Below the pieces are notes generated by a model. The model saw only the letters and a program-made list of their open reading frames with translations, searched no databases and was not told where the DNA came from. From positions 1 to 42,488 of the IMG/VR virus record IMGVR_UViG_3300033067_001565: a stretch of DNA of 42,488 bases; one strand, written 5' to 3'. A program made the position numbers and the translations under genes. Positions 25,604 to 34,153 of the stretch are shown here, piece by piece. The stretch comes from a virus (taxonomy: Duplodnaviria > Caudoviricetes). How positions within the stretch are numbered: position 1 is the first letter of the stretch; each line of letters begins with the position of its first letter.

Positions 25604-28138
25604 ATGGCCGATCCCGTTGTAGTGCAGCTCGTCAGTCAAGCCGTGGTCGTCACCATGGCGGCGCAGCAAGGCATCCCGGGAGCGGCGGGTGTGGGCGTGC
25701 CCGCCGGCGGCACGACGGGTCAGGTTCTCGCCAAGGCCAGCAACAACAGTTATGACACGGTCTGGGTGACTGGCGGGGGAGGCGGCGGAGCGTCATGGGG
25801 CGGAATCACCGGCACGCTGTCGGCGCAGACCGACCTGCAGAATGCGCTGAATGCGAAAGCAAACCTGAGCGGAGCAGCTTTCACCGGGGCCATCACCGCT
25901 ACGAATCTTTCAGGCACAAACACCGGCGATCAGACGATCACCCTCACTGGCGAAGTCACCGGATCCGGCACCGGCTCTTTCGCAACGACCGTCAGCAACG
26001 CCGCCGTCATCAGCAAGGCCCTCACCGGATTCGTCAGCGGCGCGGGCACGATCACGGCCACCGACACGATCCTGCAGGCCTTCAACAAACTCGACGGCAA
26101 CGTGGCCGGCAAGGTCTCGAGCTCGCTGCTGGGTCAGGCGAACGGGGTCGCCACGCTCGATGCCACCTCGAAGATCCCGCTATCGCAGATCCCGAGCTCC
26201 ATCCTCGGCGCGGCGATCTATCAGGGCACGTGGAACGCCACCACCAACAGCCCGTCGCTGGCCTCGGGCGTGGGCACCAAGGGCAATTATTACGTCGTTT
26301 CCGTCGCCGGCAGCACGAATCTCGACGGCATCACCGACTGGAATATCGGGGATTGGGCGATCTTCAGCGGCACCGTCTGGCAAAAGGTCGACAACACCGA
26401 TGCCGTGATCTCGGTGAACGGGTTTGTCGGGGCCGTCACCATCAGCACCATCACCGGCAACGCCGGCACGGCCACCGCCCTGCAGAGCGCGCGTAGCATC
26501 AACGGCGTTTCTTTTGATGGCACCGGCAACATCACGATCACGGCTGCACCATCCGGCGCTGCCGGCGGCGAATTGGGAGGCACCTATCCGAATCCTTCGC
26601 TAAGCAACGCCGCCGTGATCGGCAAAGTGTTGACGGGCTACACCAGCGGGGCAGGCACCGTTGCCGCCACCGATAGCATCCTACAGGCCATCCAGAAGCT
26701 GAACGGCAACGACGGGCTGCTTGCGCCCAAGGCCTCGCCGACCTTCACGGGCAATATCACTACCGCGCTCACCTTGGGCAGCGTTGTCATCATCGGCGCA
26801 TCGGGCCTGCTGACACAGGATAACGCCAACTTCTTCTATGATGCGACAAACAAGCGCTTGAGCGTCGCCACGAATAACGATCTGACAGGCACCGACGCAG
26901 TGAATATTTATGGCGAAGTCGATTTTTACCAGCCTAACAGCGCGATGGGATCGGTCGGCGCGACAAGCGTTTCCGGGCCGAGCATATCGTCCTCCCGCGG
27001 CACTGGCCCCTCACCTACCATCAATCTCGACGGCGATCTGCTGGGCGGCACGCAATGGTTTGCCTATAGTGGCGGCACACCGGCCTATAACGCGCATGCT
27101 GGAATTTACGGCACCGCGAAGGGCTCGACGGCAGCAAACCTCGGCGGCCAGATTGATTTTTACACCAAGGTGGATAACGGTGCTTTGACGAAAGTGATGA
27201 CGCTCGCCAATGACGGCGGCGCGATTCATACATCCAGCAGCGCCCTCGCATTTGCCGTCGGGCAAACTGCTGCCGGTGTCAACCCGGCCCTCGCCGTTGA
27301 TTGCTCGACTGCCTCAAGCATCACCGGTGTCATCATCAAAAGCGCCGCAACCGGCGGGGGCATCACACTCACCGCGACAGGCGGCACAAACGAGAACATC
27401 ACCGTCAGCAGCAAAGGCACGAGCGGTGTCGCCACCCTTACATCAGGCGGAACCGCAACAGTCACGGGCGGCTCTTTCGCAAACCTGCTGGCGAACGGTT
27501 CGGGCGTTTCCGTTTCTTCGTCTACCATCACGCTCGCTTATTCATTCCGCGGATTCAACGCGAACCCATGCATCACCTTCACCGGTAACACCGACAGCAA
27601 CCTAACGGCATCAACGGAAGCGCCGAGCATTGTGCTTAACGTCGGACAGGTGAAGACGCACAACACCGGCGCAGTCACCTTGCAGCGCGATTTGATTTTT
27701 ACGCCCAGCACGCATGCCTATGTCGCCGCCAGCGCCGTCACCGAAATGAACGGCATCAACATCGTCGGTGCACCGAAGGCTGGCAATTTCAATACCTCGA
27801 CGAATATATCGGCGCTAAAGATCAGCACCGCCAGCGTCGTCACCGGCACTGGATCGGCTACAAACTCTTATGCGATCTATGCCGAGGCGATGAGCGGAGC
27901 CACCAATAACTATCTCGCCGCGCTCATGGGTGCCGTCGGCATCGGCACGGCCTCGCCGGATGCAAGCGCGCTTCTCGATATCACCAGCACCACCAAGGGC
28001 GTGAAGCTGCCGGTGATGACAACGACGCAGAAGAATGCTATTAGCAGCCCAGCAGAAGGCCTGCTTGTGTATGACGTGACGCTGCATAAATTGAGTGTGC
28101 GAACAGCGGCGGCTTGGGAAACTGTAACCAGTGTTTAA
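25604..28138 (+). CDS. Second long fibre / adhesin-like protein, 844 aa
   Basis: Gly/Thr/Ser/Ala-rich chain of fibre-type motifs (GGTTGQVLAK, WGGITGTLSAQTDLQNAL, GVATLD, YQGTWNA, ITGNAGTATAL, VGIGTASPDASALLDI). Confidence 0.8.
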   Translation: MADPVVVQLVSQAVVVTMAAQQGIPGAAGVGVPAGGTTGQVLAKASNNSYDTVWVTGGGGGGASWGGITGTLSAQTDLQNALNAKANLSGAAFTGAITATNLSGTNTGDQTITLTGEVTGSGTGSFATTVSNAAVISKALTGFVSGAGTITATDTILQAFNKLDGNVAGKVSSSLLGQANGVATLDATSKIPLSQIPSSILGAAIYQGTWNATTNSPSLASGVGTKGNYYVVSVAGSTNLDGITDWNIGDWAIFSGTVWQKVDNTDAVISVNGFVGAVTISTITGNAGTATALQSARSINGVSFDGTGNITITAAPSGAAGGELGGTYPNPSLSNAAVIGKVLTGYTSGAGTVAATDSILQAIQKLNGNDGLLAPKASPTFTGNITTALTLGSVVIIGASGLLTQDNANFFYDATNKRLSVATNNDLTGTDAVNIYGEVDFYQPNSAMGSVGATSVSGPSISSSRGTGPSPTINLDGDLLGGTQWFAYSGGTPAYNAHAGIYGTAKGSTAANLGGQIDFYTKVDNGALTKVMTLANDGGAIHTSSSALAFAVGQTAAGVNPALAVDCSTASSITGVIIKSAATGGGITLTATGGTNENITVSSKGTSGVATLTSGGTATVTGGSFANLLANGSGVSVSSSTITLAYSFRGFNANPCITFTGNTDSNLTASTEAPSIVLNVGQVKTHNTGAVTLQRDLIFTPSTHAYVAASAVTEMNGINIVGAPKAGNFNTSTNISALKISTASVVTGTGSATNSYAIYAEAMSGATNNYLAALMGAVGIGTASPDASALLDITSTTKGVKLPVMTTTQKNAISSPAEGLLVYDVTLHKLSVRTAAAWETVTSV

Positions 28139-28147
28139 GGGGATTTT

Positions 28148-28441
28148 ATGAGCAGCAAGGTCGCAGATTACACGGCAGCAGGAAAACTGAAGCCGGATCC
28201 GGCCGATGACACGCGCTCGATCTTCACCATCGAGATGAGCATAGACAACGGCCTTATCGAAGAGGGGGCCATCGAGTTAGCGGCTTATGGCAAGGGCTGG
28301 GAGGGCACCGAAAGCGCGGCGGATTTTCTTATTGCATGGGCGAAAAAAGATGCTGCCGACACGGCGCTCATGGTCGCTACCGCAAAAGCGCAGCAACAGC
28401 TGGATGAGCAAATGCGAAACTCTTTTGCATCGAAACTATAA
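28148..28441 (+). CDS. Hypothetical protein, last gene of the late operon (possible fibre chaperone)
   Basis: AAGGGG RBS; directly after the fibre gene. Confidence 0.65.
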   Translation: MSSKVADYTAAGKLKPDPADDTRSIFTIEMSIDNGLIEEGAIELAAYGKGWEGTESAADFLIAWAKKDAADTALMVATAKAQQQLDEQMRNSFASKL

Positions 28442-28449
28442 AGCCGTTA

Positions 28450-28884
28450 TTAGGCCGTGCGCTCGATGACAGCGCCAAGCTTGCCGTCAACAAATCCGTG
28501 ATTGACGATGAATTTACGCACCGGCTTGCAATTATTTCCGTAGTATGAGGCCGCGGCCGCCATCTTCGCCACGCCCTCCTCGATGAAAACCCGGTCGCCC
28601 ACGGTCTCCATCACATCAAAGCCATATTTGCTCGATCGCTTTGTTTCGCTGCGCTTCAGGGGCGTGATCTTCTTGAGTGTGGGCTTGGGGGTGCGGGGCA
28701 GCGCGATCGGAGCGCTGTCGATGACGCGCAGGGCTTGCGTCAGGGTGCTCATCCAGTTCTCGTGCCGGGTGATGAAGCGGGCGAGGTCGTCATAGCCATT
28801 AGCCGCTGATAGGTCCGCCGCCTGCTGTGGGGTTAGCTCCTGCAGGCGGTAAAGCTTGCCCTTTATTGACGCTATTACGTCCAT
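28450..28884 (-). CDS. Hypothetical protein with a basic C-terminal domain
   Basis: GGGGAC RBS; SKYGFDVMETVGDRVFI resembles small phage DNA-binding domains. Confidence 0.65.
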   Translation of the reverse strand: MDVIASIKGKLYRLQELTPQQAADLSAANGYDDLARFITRHENWMSTLTQALRVIDSAPIALPRTPKPTLKKITPLKRSETKRSSKYGFDVMETVGDRVFIEEGVAKMAAAASYYGNNCKPVRKFIVNHGFVDGKLGAVIERTA

Positions 28885-29038
28885 CCGTCCCCCGGCGCTT
28901 CGCGATCATGGCTGCAAAAATGTCAACACATTGCTCGCATATTAGCACAGATTTCTCGATTGCGCTCCTGACATAATTGAAGTCCGGGAGGGGGTGCTGC
29001 TCATCGGTGCATCCGCAAAATGAGCAACGGGCTTTCAT
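28799..29038 (-). CDS. ClpX-type C4 zinc-finger protein
   Basis: RCSFCG...VLICEQCVDIF motif; start taken as MKARCSFC. Confidence 0.7.
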   Translation of the reverse strand: MKARCSFCGCTDEQHPLPDFNYVRSAIEKSVLICEQCVDIFAAMIAKRRGTDGRNSVNKGQALPPAGANPTAGGGPISG

Positions 29039-29193
29039 TGCTTGCGCCTGTGAATCCATACGCCGAAGCGCAGGCCGTTTTTATAGCCATCCTCAAAAAA
29101 CACCGAAGCGATGGCAAATATGAAGCCTACGATTACAGCGGGAAGCGTAATCATCCACAGAAGAACGCACGCTGCATTTTTGAAGCTATCCAT
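29035..29193 (-). CDS. Small membrane protein, 52 aa
   Basis: AGGAG RBS; hydrophobic ACVLLWMITLPAVIVGFIFAIASVFF. Confidence 0.55.
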   Translation of the reverse strand: MDSFKNAACVLLWMITLPAVIVGFIFAIASVFFEDGYKNGLRFGVWIHRRKQ

Positions 29194-29671
29194 GCGCCAG
29201 CTCCTTGCGCCTCTCGCGCCGAAACAAGCGGCGGATATTCTTGAAACGCCGATCGGTGACGAGGGCGATCTCTTCCGGCGAAAGTTTTGCTGCAACCTGC
29301 TTAGCGTCACCATAGACATGCAAGAAAGACGGGGGAGGCGGTGTTTCATCGAGCGGCAAAAAAATGTTTAGCTGGGCGCGCAGCTTCTCGGTTTCAGCGA
29401 TGAGCTCGCAGATGCGCTTGAAGTCGGAGGCCTTCAGTTCCTTCAGCGCTTTATTCTGCTCGAGGAGGAAATCCTGCTCCTTGTCTTTCAGCTGCCACAC
29501 CGACCACGCATGATCTGCGACCGGAAAGGCATAGCGCGCGAGCTCGCCTGATCGCCGGGTAAGGTTGATGCCGCGCCCCCGAGCCCAGCGCTCGAAGTCG
29601 TTACGCTGGGGCGTGTTTCCCTCGGGTAGCGGGCACCCGTTGATGCAGTTCTCGTCGTGTTTATGTGTCAC
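29186..29671 (-). CDS. Hypothetical protein
   Basis: GTG start after AAGGAAG; overlaps both neighbours; RNDFERWA..AWSVWQ motif recurs in phage early proteins. Confidence 0.65.
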   Translation of the reverse strand: MTHKHDENCINGCPLPEGNTPQRNDFERWARGRGINLTRRSGELARYAFPVADHAWSVWQLKDKEQDFLLEQNKALKELKASDFKRICELIAETEKLRAQLNIFLPLDETPPPPSFLHVYGDAKQVAAKLSPEEIALVTDRRFKNIRRLFRRERRKELAHG

Positions 29672-29823
29672 TTGCTGGCTTCCTTCCTAATGGTCTGGGG
29701 TTCATCACAGTTAAACTGGCAGGTGCCGTAGTCGAGGCTGCTCCAGTCGATCGGGCCGCCCGTGGGCTGACATGCTGAAAGCGACAAAGCCATCGCCGCC
29801 AGCGTTGCCAAGATCAGCCTCAT
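29668..29823 (-). CDS. Small lipoprotein, 51 aa (MRLILATLAAMALSLSAC-QPTGGPIDW...)
   Basis: Not in the ORF track. Signal peptide with LSAC lipobox; ATGA and GTGA overlaps with its neighbours. Confidence 0.7.
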   Translation of the reverse strand: MRLILATLAAMALSLSACQPTGGPIDWSSLDYGTCQFNCDEPQTIRKEASK

Positions 29824-30134
29824 TTCGCGCGCTCCTCATCAATCTTCGCCTGAATCTTCTCCTCGCCCCGGCCGAACGGCGCGAGCGACGCTTGGATTTC
29901 TTCGTCGGTTTCGTCGGCCGCAATCATTCTCCGCAGGATCTCGAGCTCGTCTTTTTGCCAACGGCCAGTGCGCGGCTCGATCTCTTCCTGCTCTGCGCCG
30001 CCATCCGGTGCGGGCTCGTTATGCTGGGCCACCACGAAGTCAGCGGCTGCGATGATCTCTTCCTGACCACCGCCCATGGCAAAGCCCTTGAGCAGCCCTA
30101 AATTCCATTCCAGTGATTGTTTCTCGATCGCCAT
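29820..30134 (-). CDS. Hypothetical acidic protein (possible C-terminal HTH/Myb-like helix set)
   Basis: CAGGAG RBS; GRWQKDELEILRRM...GRGEEKIQAKI. Confidence 0.65.
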   Translation of the reverse strand: MAIEKQSLEWNLGLLKGFAMGGGQEEIIAAADFVVAQHNEPAPDGGAEQEEIEPRTGRWQKDELEILRRMIAADETDEEIQASLAPFGRGEEKIQAKIDEERAK

Positions 30135-30156
30135 TGCCTTCTCCTGTTGGGTTGAA

Positions 30157-30735
30157 TTATTCCGCGCCGAAGCCGTCCTTGATCAGCTCGTCGATATTGC
30201 AGTGGTGAACCTTGAACCGCAACACCCAGACGAAGGGGTTGACATCCCACGCGCCTGATCCGTGCAGTTTATCCCAGAGCGCAGCATAGGCCTTCTGATA
30301 AGCTTCGCCGATGAAATAGCGGCTCTGCCCAGCAATCGCTTCATAGGCCTGCTCAGAGCTAATGCCCTCGGCCAGCACATCCTCGTGCGATATCTCCTTC
30401 AGCTTTTCACTCTTCACGCCCGTGAGCTCGAGCGTCATGCGGCTCATCCAGCGGGGCATATACATATTCGAGCGAGGCTTGCCCATACCACTGAAGGGTG
30501 AATCGCCGTCGGCGGTGTAGTGGATCTTAACGTTCGGGGCGGTCACGCCGCTGGGCGAAACGCTGTCGAGATATGCGGGGAGCTGGTAGTCCTCGCGGAC
30601 ATAAAGAAGCTCGCCCACCTCACCGAAGGGGCAGGTCGCCGCCTTCATCGTGCGTCGCGTTTGCGTTTTTACGCCCTTTTTAAGCGCACGAATCATCTCG
30701 GGGGAGAACAGGATAGGCTTGCCCATCGTTTGCAT
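30157..30735 (-). CDS. ASCH/PUA-like phage protein
   Basis: KPILFSPEMIRALKKGVKTQTRR, CPFGEVGELLYVRE, MPRWMSRMTLELTGV and WDVNPFVWVLRF. Confidence 0.8.
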   Translation of the reverse strand: MQTMGKPILFSPEMIRALKKGVKTQTRRTMKAATCPFGEVGELLYVREDYQLPAYLDSVSPSGVTAPNVKIHYTADGDSPFSGMGKPRSNMYMPRWMSRMTLELTGVKSEKLKEISHEDVLAEGISSEQAYEAIAGQSRYFIGEAYQKAYAALWDKLHGSGAWDVNPFVWVLRFKVHHCNIDELIKDGFGAE

Positions 30736-30739
30736 GGCG

Positions 30740-30910
30740 TTACGTCCTTTCGCGGAAATGGATGGCCGCGACCAGCTTGGGGTTGAAGGTGTAGTGGTGC
30801 CGACCGTTGTCGATCGTGACGGTCAGCGCCGGATCTATGGTTTCGAAGGTGCCATCCTGAAAGACAATCAGGGCCTCAAGGTCGGATGCGGGCTTGTTAT
30901 CGTTGCTCAT
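30740..30910 (-). CDS. Hypothetical protein, 56 aa (MSNDNKPASDLEALIVFQDG...)
   Basis: Not in the ORF track; ATGA overlap; fills a gap in the leftward operon. Confidence 0.55.
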   Translation of the reverse strand: MSNDNKPASDLEALIVFQDGTFETIDPALTVTIDNGRHHYTFNPKLVAAIHFRERT

Positions 30911-31200
30911 GGTTTTTCCTGATGATTGCAGATGGTGACCGTCACGCTTGACTGGCCCGGGCCGAGCGAAACGCTGTCAGATGGAAAGCCCTTCCAGTGG
31001 CTCTCGAGCGGGCCGCCCTTGCTAGTCATCATATCTAGTATGACATAGGGCTCGAGGAGCTTGCCGAATAAAGCGCTTATGCTCGCCCTGATCAGGCGAT
31101 TAAATGCGGGCTTCAGTTCACGAATGAGTGCATCGCGTCGCCATGCTTCCATGCGGCGGCGCGCGCGCTTTATCTGTTGCCGACGTTTACGCGGGTTCAT
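30907..31200 (-). CDS. Hypothetical protein, Arg-rich N-terminus
   Basis: Translationally coupled ORF. Confidence 0.55.
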   Translation of the reverse strand: MNPRKRRQQIKRARRRMEAWRRDALIRELKPAFNRLIRASISALFGKLLEPYVILDMMTSKGGPLESHWKGFPSDSVSLGPGQSSVTVTICNHQEKP

Positions 31201-31421
31201 ATCTTCAGCCCCTTCCCCTTCATAAATTCAGCGATCGTGGCCATGTTCGCGCCGCCATTCCACAGCGTGGCGATCTGATCTGCGTCGCTGCGAGATTGAG
31301 CGTAAAGGATCATCACGCGCTGCTCGCCCCGGTAGCAGAAGATGCGCCATGGTTGCTGCTTGCCGCGCTGATCAAACATGCCCGGCAGCACTTCGGCGTT
31401 TTGATTGTGCGGCTCATTCAT
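31197..31421 (-). CDS. Hypothetical protein
   Basis: Translationally coupled ORF. Confidence 0.55.
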   Translation of the reverse strand: MNEPHNQNAEVLPGMFDQRGKQQPWRIFCYRGEQRVMILYAQSRSDADQIATLWNGGANMATIAEFMKGKGLKI

Positions 31422-31999
31422 CGCGCAGCCCTCGCCTGCTCGATGGCCGTTTGAAGTTCATCCCAAGCCGCGCGCTCGCCGCCTGCATCCGGGTGCATTG
31501 TCTTCACCAGCTCGCGGTATTTGAACTCGATGCTGCCCCGAAGCTCGAACTCTGAAACGCCCAGCACTTTCCACCAAGGGCGAGCAGCTGAAGAGGAAGG
31601 AGCAGGCAGCGCGGTGAACCCGCTGAAGGCCTGCTCCACCATGGAGCCGCCACCCCAGCGTTCTAAGCCTCGCAGGGCCTCGATCGTCAGCGTCAGCGCG
31701 CGCAGGTTATCCTCGATGCGATCCCAGCGATCGCAGGCGAAACATAGCGGCCGTTTTTTAATGGCGAAATAAATCGCTACACCTTTGATCTGAGGCTGGG
31801 ATCGGTTAGCGTATGGCGCGCCGTCCTGACGCAGCTGAAGGTTCGTTGAAAGGACGATGTCGGTGGCACCGAGCAAGTTAAGCTCGCGCATCAGCTTTTT
31901 GCGCTGCGTGTCAAAGCCCGTTGCCTTGAATGGCGCGCGCTTAGGCCATGCGGTGACGGGGCGGCCGTGGGGCCATTGTAATGGATATGCGGTCGTCAT
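31418..31999 (-). CDS. DnaJ (J-domain) containing phage protein
   Basis: AYPLQWPHG N-terminus, FACDRWDRIEDNLRA, and a C-terminal J-domain WWKVLGV...YRELVKTMHPDAGG. Confidence 0.88.
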   Translation of the reverse strand: MTTAYPLQWPHGRPVTAWPKRAPFKATGFDTQRKKLMRELNLLGATDIVLSTNLQLRQDGAPYANRSQPQIKGVAIYFAIKKRPLCFACDRWDRIEDNLRALTLTIEALRGLERWGGGSMVEQAFSGFTALPAPSSSAARPWWKVLGVSEFELRGSIEFKYRELVKTMHPDAGGERAAWDELQTAIEQARAAR

Positions 32000-32000
32000 G

Positions 32001-32261
32001 TTATGCTCCTTCCGCCACGCGCATCAGCAGATCGGCGGCTTCTTTCAGGGTTGCTTTCATCTTCGTCGGCATGGCATCAGCCTCGTTCATCTCGAGCGTG
32101 CGCCACTGGCGGCTGCAGTCACAGCATCGGCGGTTGCGGGCGATCGTGCCGTCCTCAACGCCGCCCATGCGTTTATTGTTTCGGCCACCGCGATAGTCGA
32201 GGCTTCCGTTGTGGGAATCCTTGACGCATGTGTTGGGTGATCTGCATTCAGGGCAGCGCAT
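32001..32261 (-). CDS. NrdR-like Zn-ribbon protein
   Basis: MRCPEC..TCVKDS...RNRRCCDCSRQWRTLE. Confidence 0.7.
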   Translation of the reverse strand: MRCPECRSPNTCVKDSHNGSLDYRGGRNNKRMGGVEDGTIARNRRCCDCSRQWRTLEMNEADAMPTKMKATLKEAADLLMRVAEGA

Positions 32262-32264
32262 GAT

Positions 32265-32534
32265 CTATTTCTCCTTAACAATATGCGGGAGTTTCGAGAT
32301 GAGATTGCGGGCCGCCTGTGTTGCCAGCTCAGTCGAACTCAACACCATTCCATTACGCATACTTGGTGCCAAAATACGGGAAATCTCCTCCTCGCTGATA
32401 CGCGGCAGCGAAGTCATGGCAGCCTTGAAGCCTTCCCATTGCTTCTGGTAGCACGCATAACCGCGTTTATTCCTATAATATTTCGGCACACCCAAGGCTT
32501 GCTGAAAGGCTGCGTGCATCTGTTCTTCTGTCAT
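32265..32534 (-). CDS. Hypothetical protein
   Basis: GAGG RBS; in operon; visibly more AT-rich than neighbours. Confidence 0.6.
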   Translation of the reverse strand: MTEEQMHAAFQQALGVPKYYRNKRGYACYQKQWEGFKAAMTSLPRISEEEISRILAPSMRNGMVLSSTELATQAARNLISKLPHIVKEK

Positions 32535-32544
32535 GACCTCATCC

Positions 32545-32850
32545 TTAGTGGGCTTGGGGGTTATCTGAAGCGCTCGGCATGAGCACCGGTGCCGATATAT
32601 CGCCCGGCTTCGCGCTGGCGATCATCGACATGGCCTGAATGACGAAGGCGCTGACGATCGGGTCCGTCATCATGGCAACGGCGAGCTGAATAAATGATTC
32701 GCCGCGCATGCTGGATTTATAGAGCATCACCTCGTGGTCGGTCGGGGCCTTTACCGCAACGAGAACGTCATAGCCCGCGCTTTTCGCCATGATCTCTACG
32801 GTCTGGGTGAAGTTCAGCAGCTTCAGCTTTTCTTGCTCGGCTATCGGCAT
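32545..32850 (-). CDS. Hypothetical protein
   Basis: GAGGA RBS; in operon. Confidence 0.6.
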   Translation of the reverse strand: MPIAEQEKLKLLNFTQTVEIMAKSAGYDVLVAVKAPTDHEVMLYKSSMRGESFIQLAVAMMTDPIVSAFVIQAMSMIASAKPGDISAPVLMPSASDNPQAH

Positions 32851-33038
32851 TTCTTCCTCGCTTTTTTGTGTTCGGCATCCATGAATCGCTTGTGCGCGCG
32901 ATATTCATATTCGTGCGTCGTCACCCACTCGCCGCTCGCTTTGTCATACTGACGCGGGATCCCGAGCGGATCGCTCGTGTCGAACCAGATCGACCCGTCT
33001 TTCGGCTTTGTTGGCTGAACTGTTGAGGGTTTCTCCAT
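32841..33038 (-). CDS. Hypothetical protein, 65 aa
   Basis: Coupled ORF; PTKPKDGSIWFDTS resembles a fibre-type motif. Confidence 0.55.
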   Translation of the reverse strand: MEKPSTVQPTKPKDGSIWFDTSDPLGIPRQYDKASGEWVTTHEYEYRAHKRFMDAEHKKARKKCR

Positions 33039-33515
33039 CTATGCCCCATAATAGGCCGGGCTGCCTTGCGGCGGCAGCGTCTGCTTTTTCTTGATCGGCG
33101 GCAGGCCCGTCGCGCGCTGCGCCTCGCATAACTCGATCACGCGCCGGCATTCCGCCACATCGAACAGATCAAGGCTGCATGCGCCGAGCTTTATGCCCAT
33201 GGTGGCAGCGAGCCATTTATACCCGTGCAGGCGCGCTTCTTTCTTCTTCACGTCGTGCCTGACCATGCTTTGCCATAGCGGATTGAATGCCGCCTGCGCC
33301 GCCTTTTTGCATTTACGCAGCTCCGCATTCGCCAAACGGCCGAGCGGGATGAAGCGCGAGGAATTTCTATCGCAGAAGACCCACGCACCGCACGGCTCGC
33401 AGACCCACGCCGGACCGTAATTGTGTCCGTCGCAGATCCACGAGCTGTCGAGCGTCAGCACCGACGGTTTTTCGCAGTAAGGGCAATCAGGCGCTGGGTG
33501 CTGCTGCTGGGCCAT
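33039..33515 (-). CDS. Zinc-finger protein, DUF3268-like
   Basis: CPYC, WVCEPCGAWV, PLGRLANAELRK..AFNPLW and YKWLAATMGI motifs. Confidence 0.82.
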   Translation of the reverse strand: MAQQQHPAPDCPYCEKPSVLTLDSSWICDGHNYGPAWVCEPCGAWVFCDRNSSRFIPLGRLANAELRKCKKAAQAAFNPLWQSMVRHDVKKKEARLHGYKWLAATMGIKLGACSLDLFDVAECRRVIELCEAQRATGLPPIKKKQTLPPQGSPAYYGA

Positions 33516-33517
33516 CG

Positions 33518-33781
33518 CTAGGCTTTCTTCAGATCAGGGTTAGCGTAGTGACCGGCCTGCAGCTGATTCTCGCCCGGTGCTGCCTTCGGTGTTTCGCTGG
33601 CGTAGTATGCCTTCACGCCCGGAACGGGGCGGCCGATGTTGTAATAAGCGTTCACGATCGGGCGCAGCTTGTGGTGGTCGACACCGGCGACCTCCGGGAA
33701 GGTGTCAAGGACCGCCTTTTCGTCGGTCACTTCGATCGTCAGCATCTTGCGTACGATCTTCTTCTGGGGTTTTTCACTCAT
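33518..33781 (-). CDS. Hypothetical protein (start at MSEKPQ; longer ORF extends to 33877)
   Basis: GGAG RBS before ATG 33781; IEVTD...IGRPVPGVKAY. Confidence 0.6.
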   Translation of the reverse strand: MSEKPQKKIVRKMLTIEVTDEKAVLDTFPEVAGVDHHKLRPIVNAYYNIGRPVPGVKAYYASETPKAAPGENQLQAGHYANPDLKKA

Positions 33782-33876
33782 TAAAATCTCCGTGGTTTCG
33801 TGGTTGATAGAGGTGGGCTTGTAGGCCGTGAGCAGCTGCTTCACGCGGTAGTAAAATTGTTTCAGGCGCTGCAGCA

Positions 33877-34125
33877 TTATTCCGGGACGAAGCCGTTATC
33901 CTCGGCCCATGAACGCAGGGTTTTATTATCAAATACATCTTCTGGGTCGTTGCTTCTGGCCCATTCAATGAGATCCTTCTCCGCGAAGATGTCATCGGGC
34001 TGCTGCCTTCTGGCCCATTCTTTCAGCTTTTCCTCATCAAAAATATCCTCGGGATCGCAGTTATCCGTAATAGCCTCGATGACAGCCTCGCTGATCTTGC
34101 TGTCCTGATTTGTGGTGGTCGCCAT
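33877..34125 (-). CDS. Acidic protein with three 18-aa repeats
   Basis: AAGGA RBS; PEDIFDEEKLKEWA / PDDIFAEKDLIEWA / PEDVFDNKTLRSWA. Confidence 0.7.
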   Translation of the reverse strand: MATTTNQDSKISEAVIEAITDNCDPEDIFDEEKLKEWARRQQPDDIFAEKDLIEWARSNDPEDVFDNKTLRSWAEDNGFVPE

Positions 34126-34153
34126 ATTTACATCCTTCTGTTGGTGGTTAAAA

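Noticed and set aside
21271-28138. Diversity-generating retroelement or invertible fibre cassette
   Set aside because: No reverse transcriptase or invertase, and no adenine-specific TR/VR pair. The 108-bp fibre duplication differs mostly at synonymous or conservative sites.
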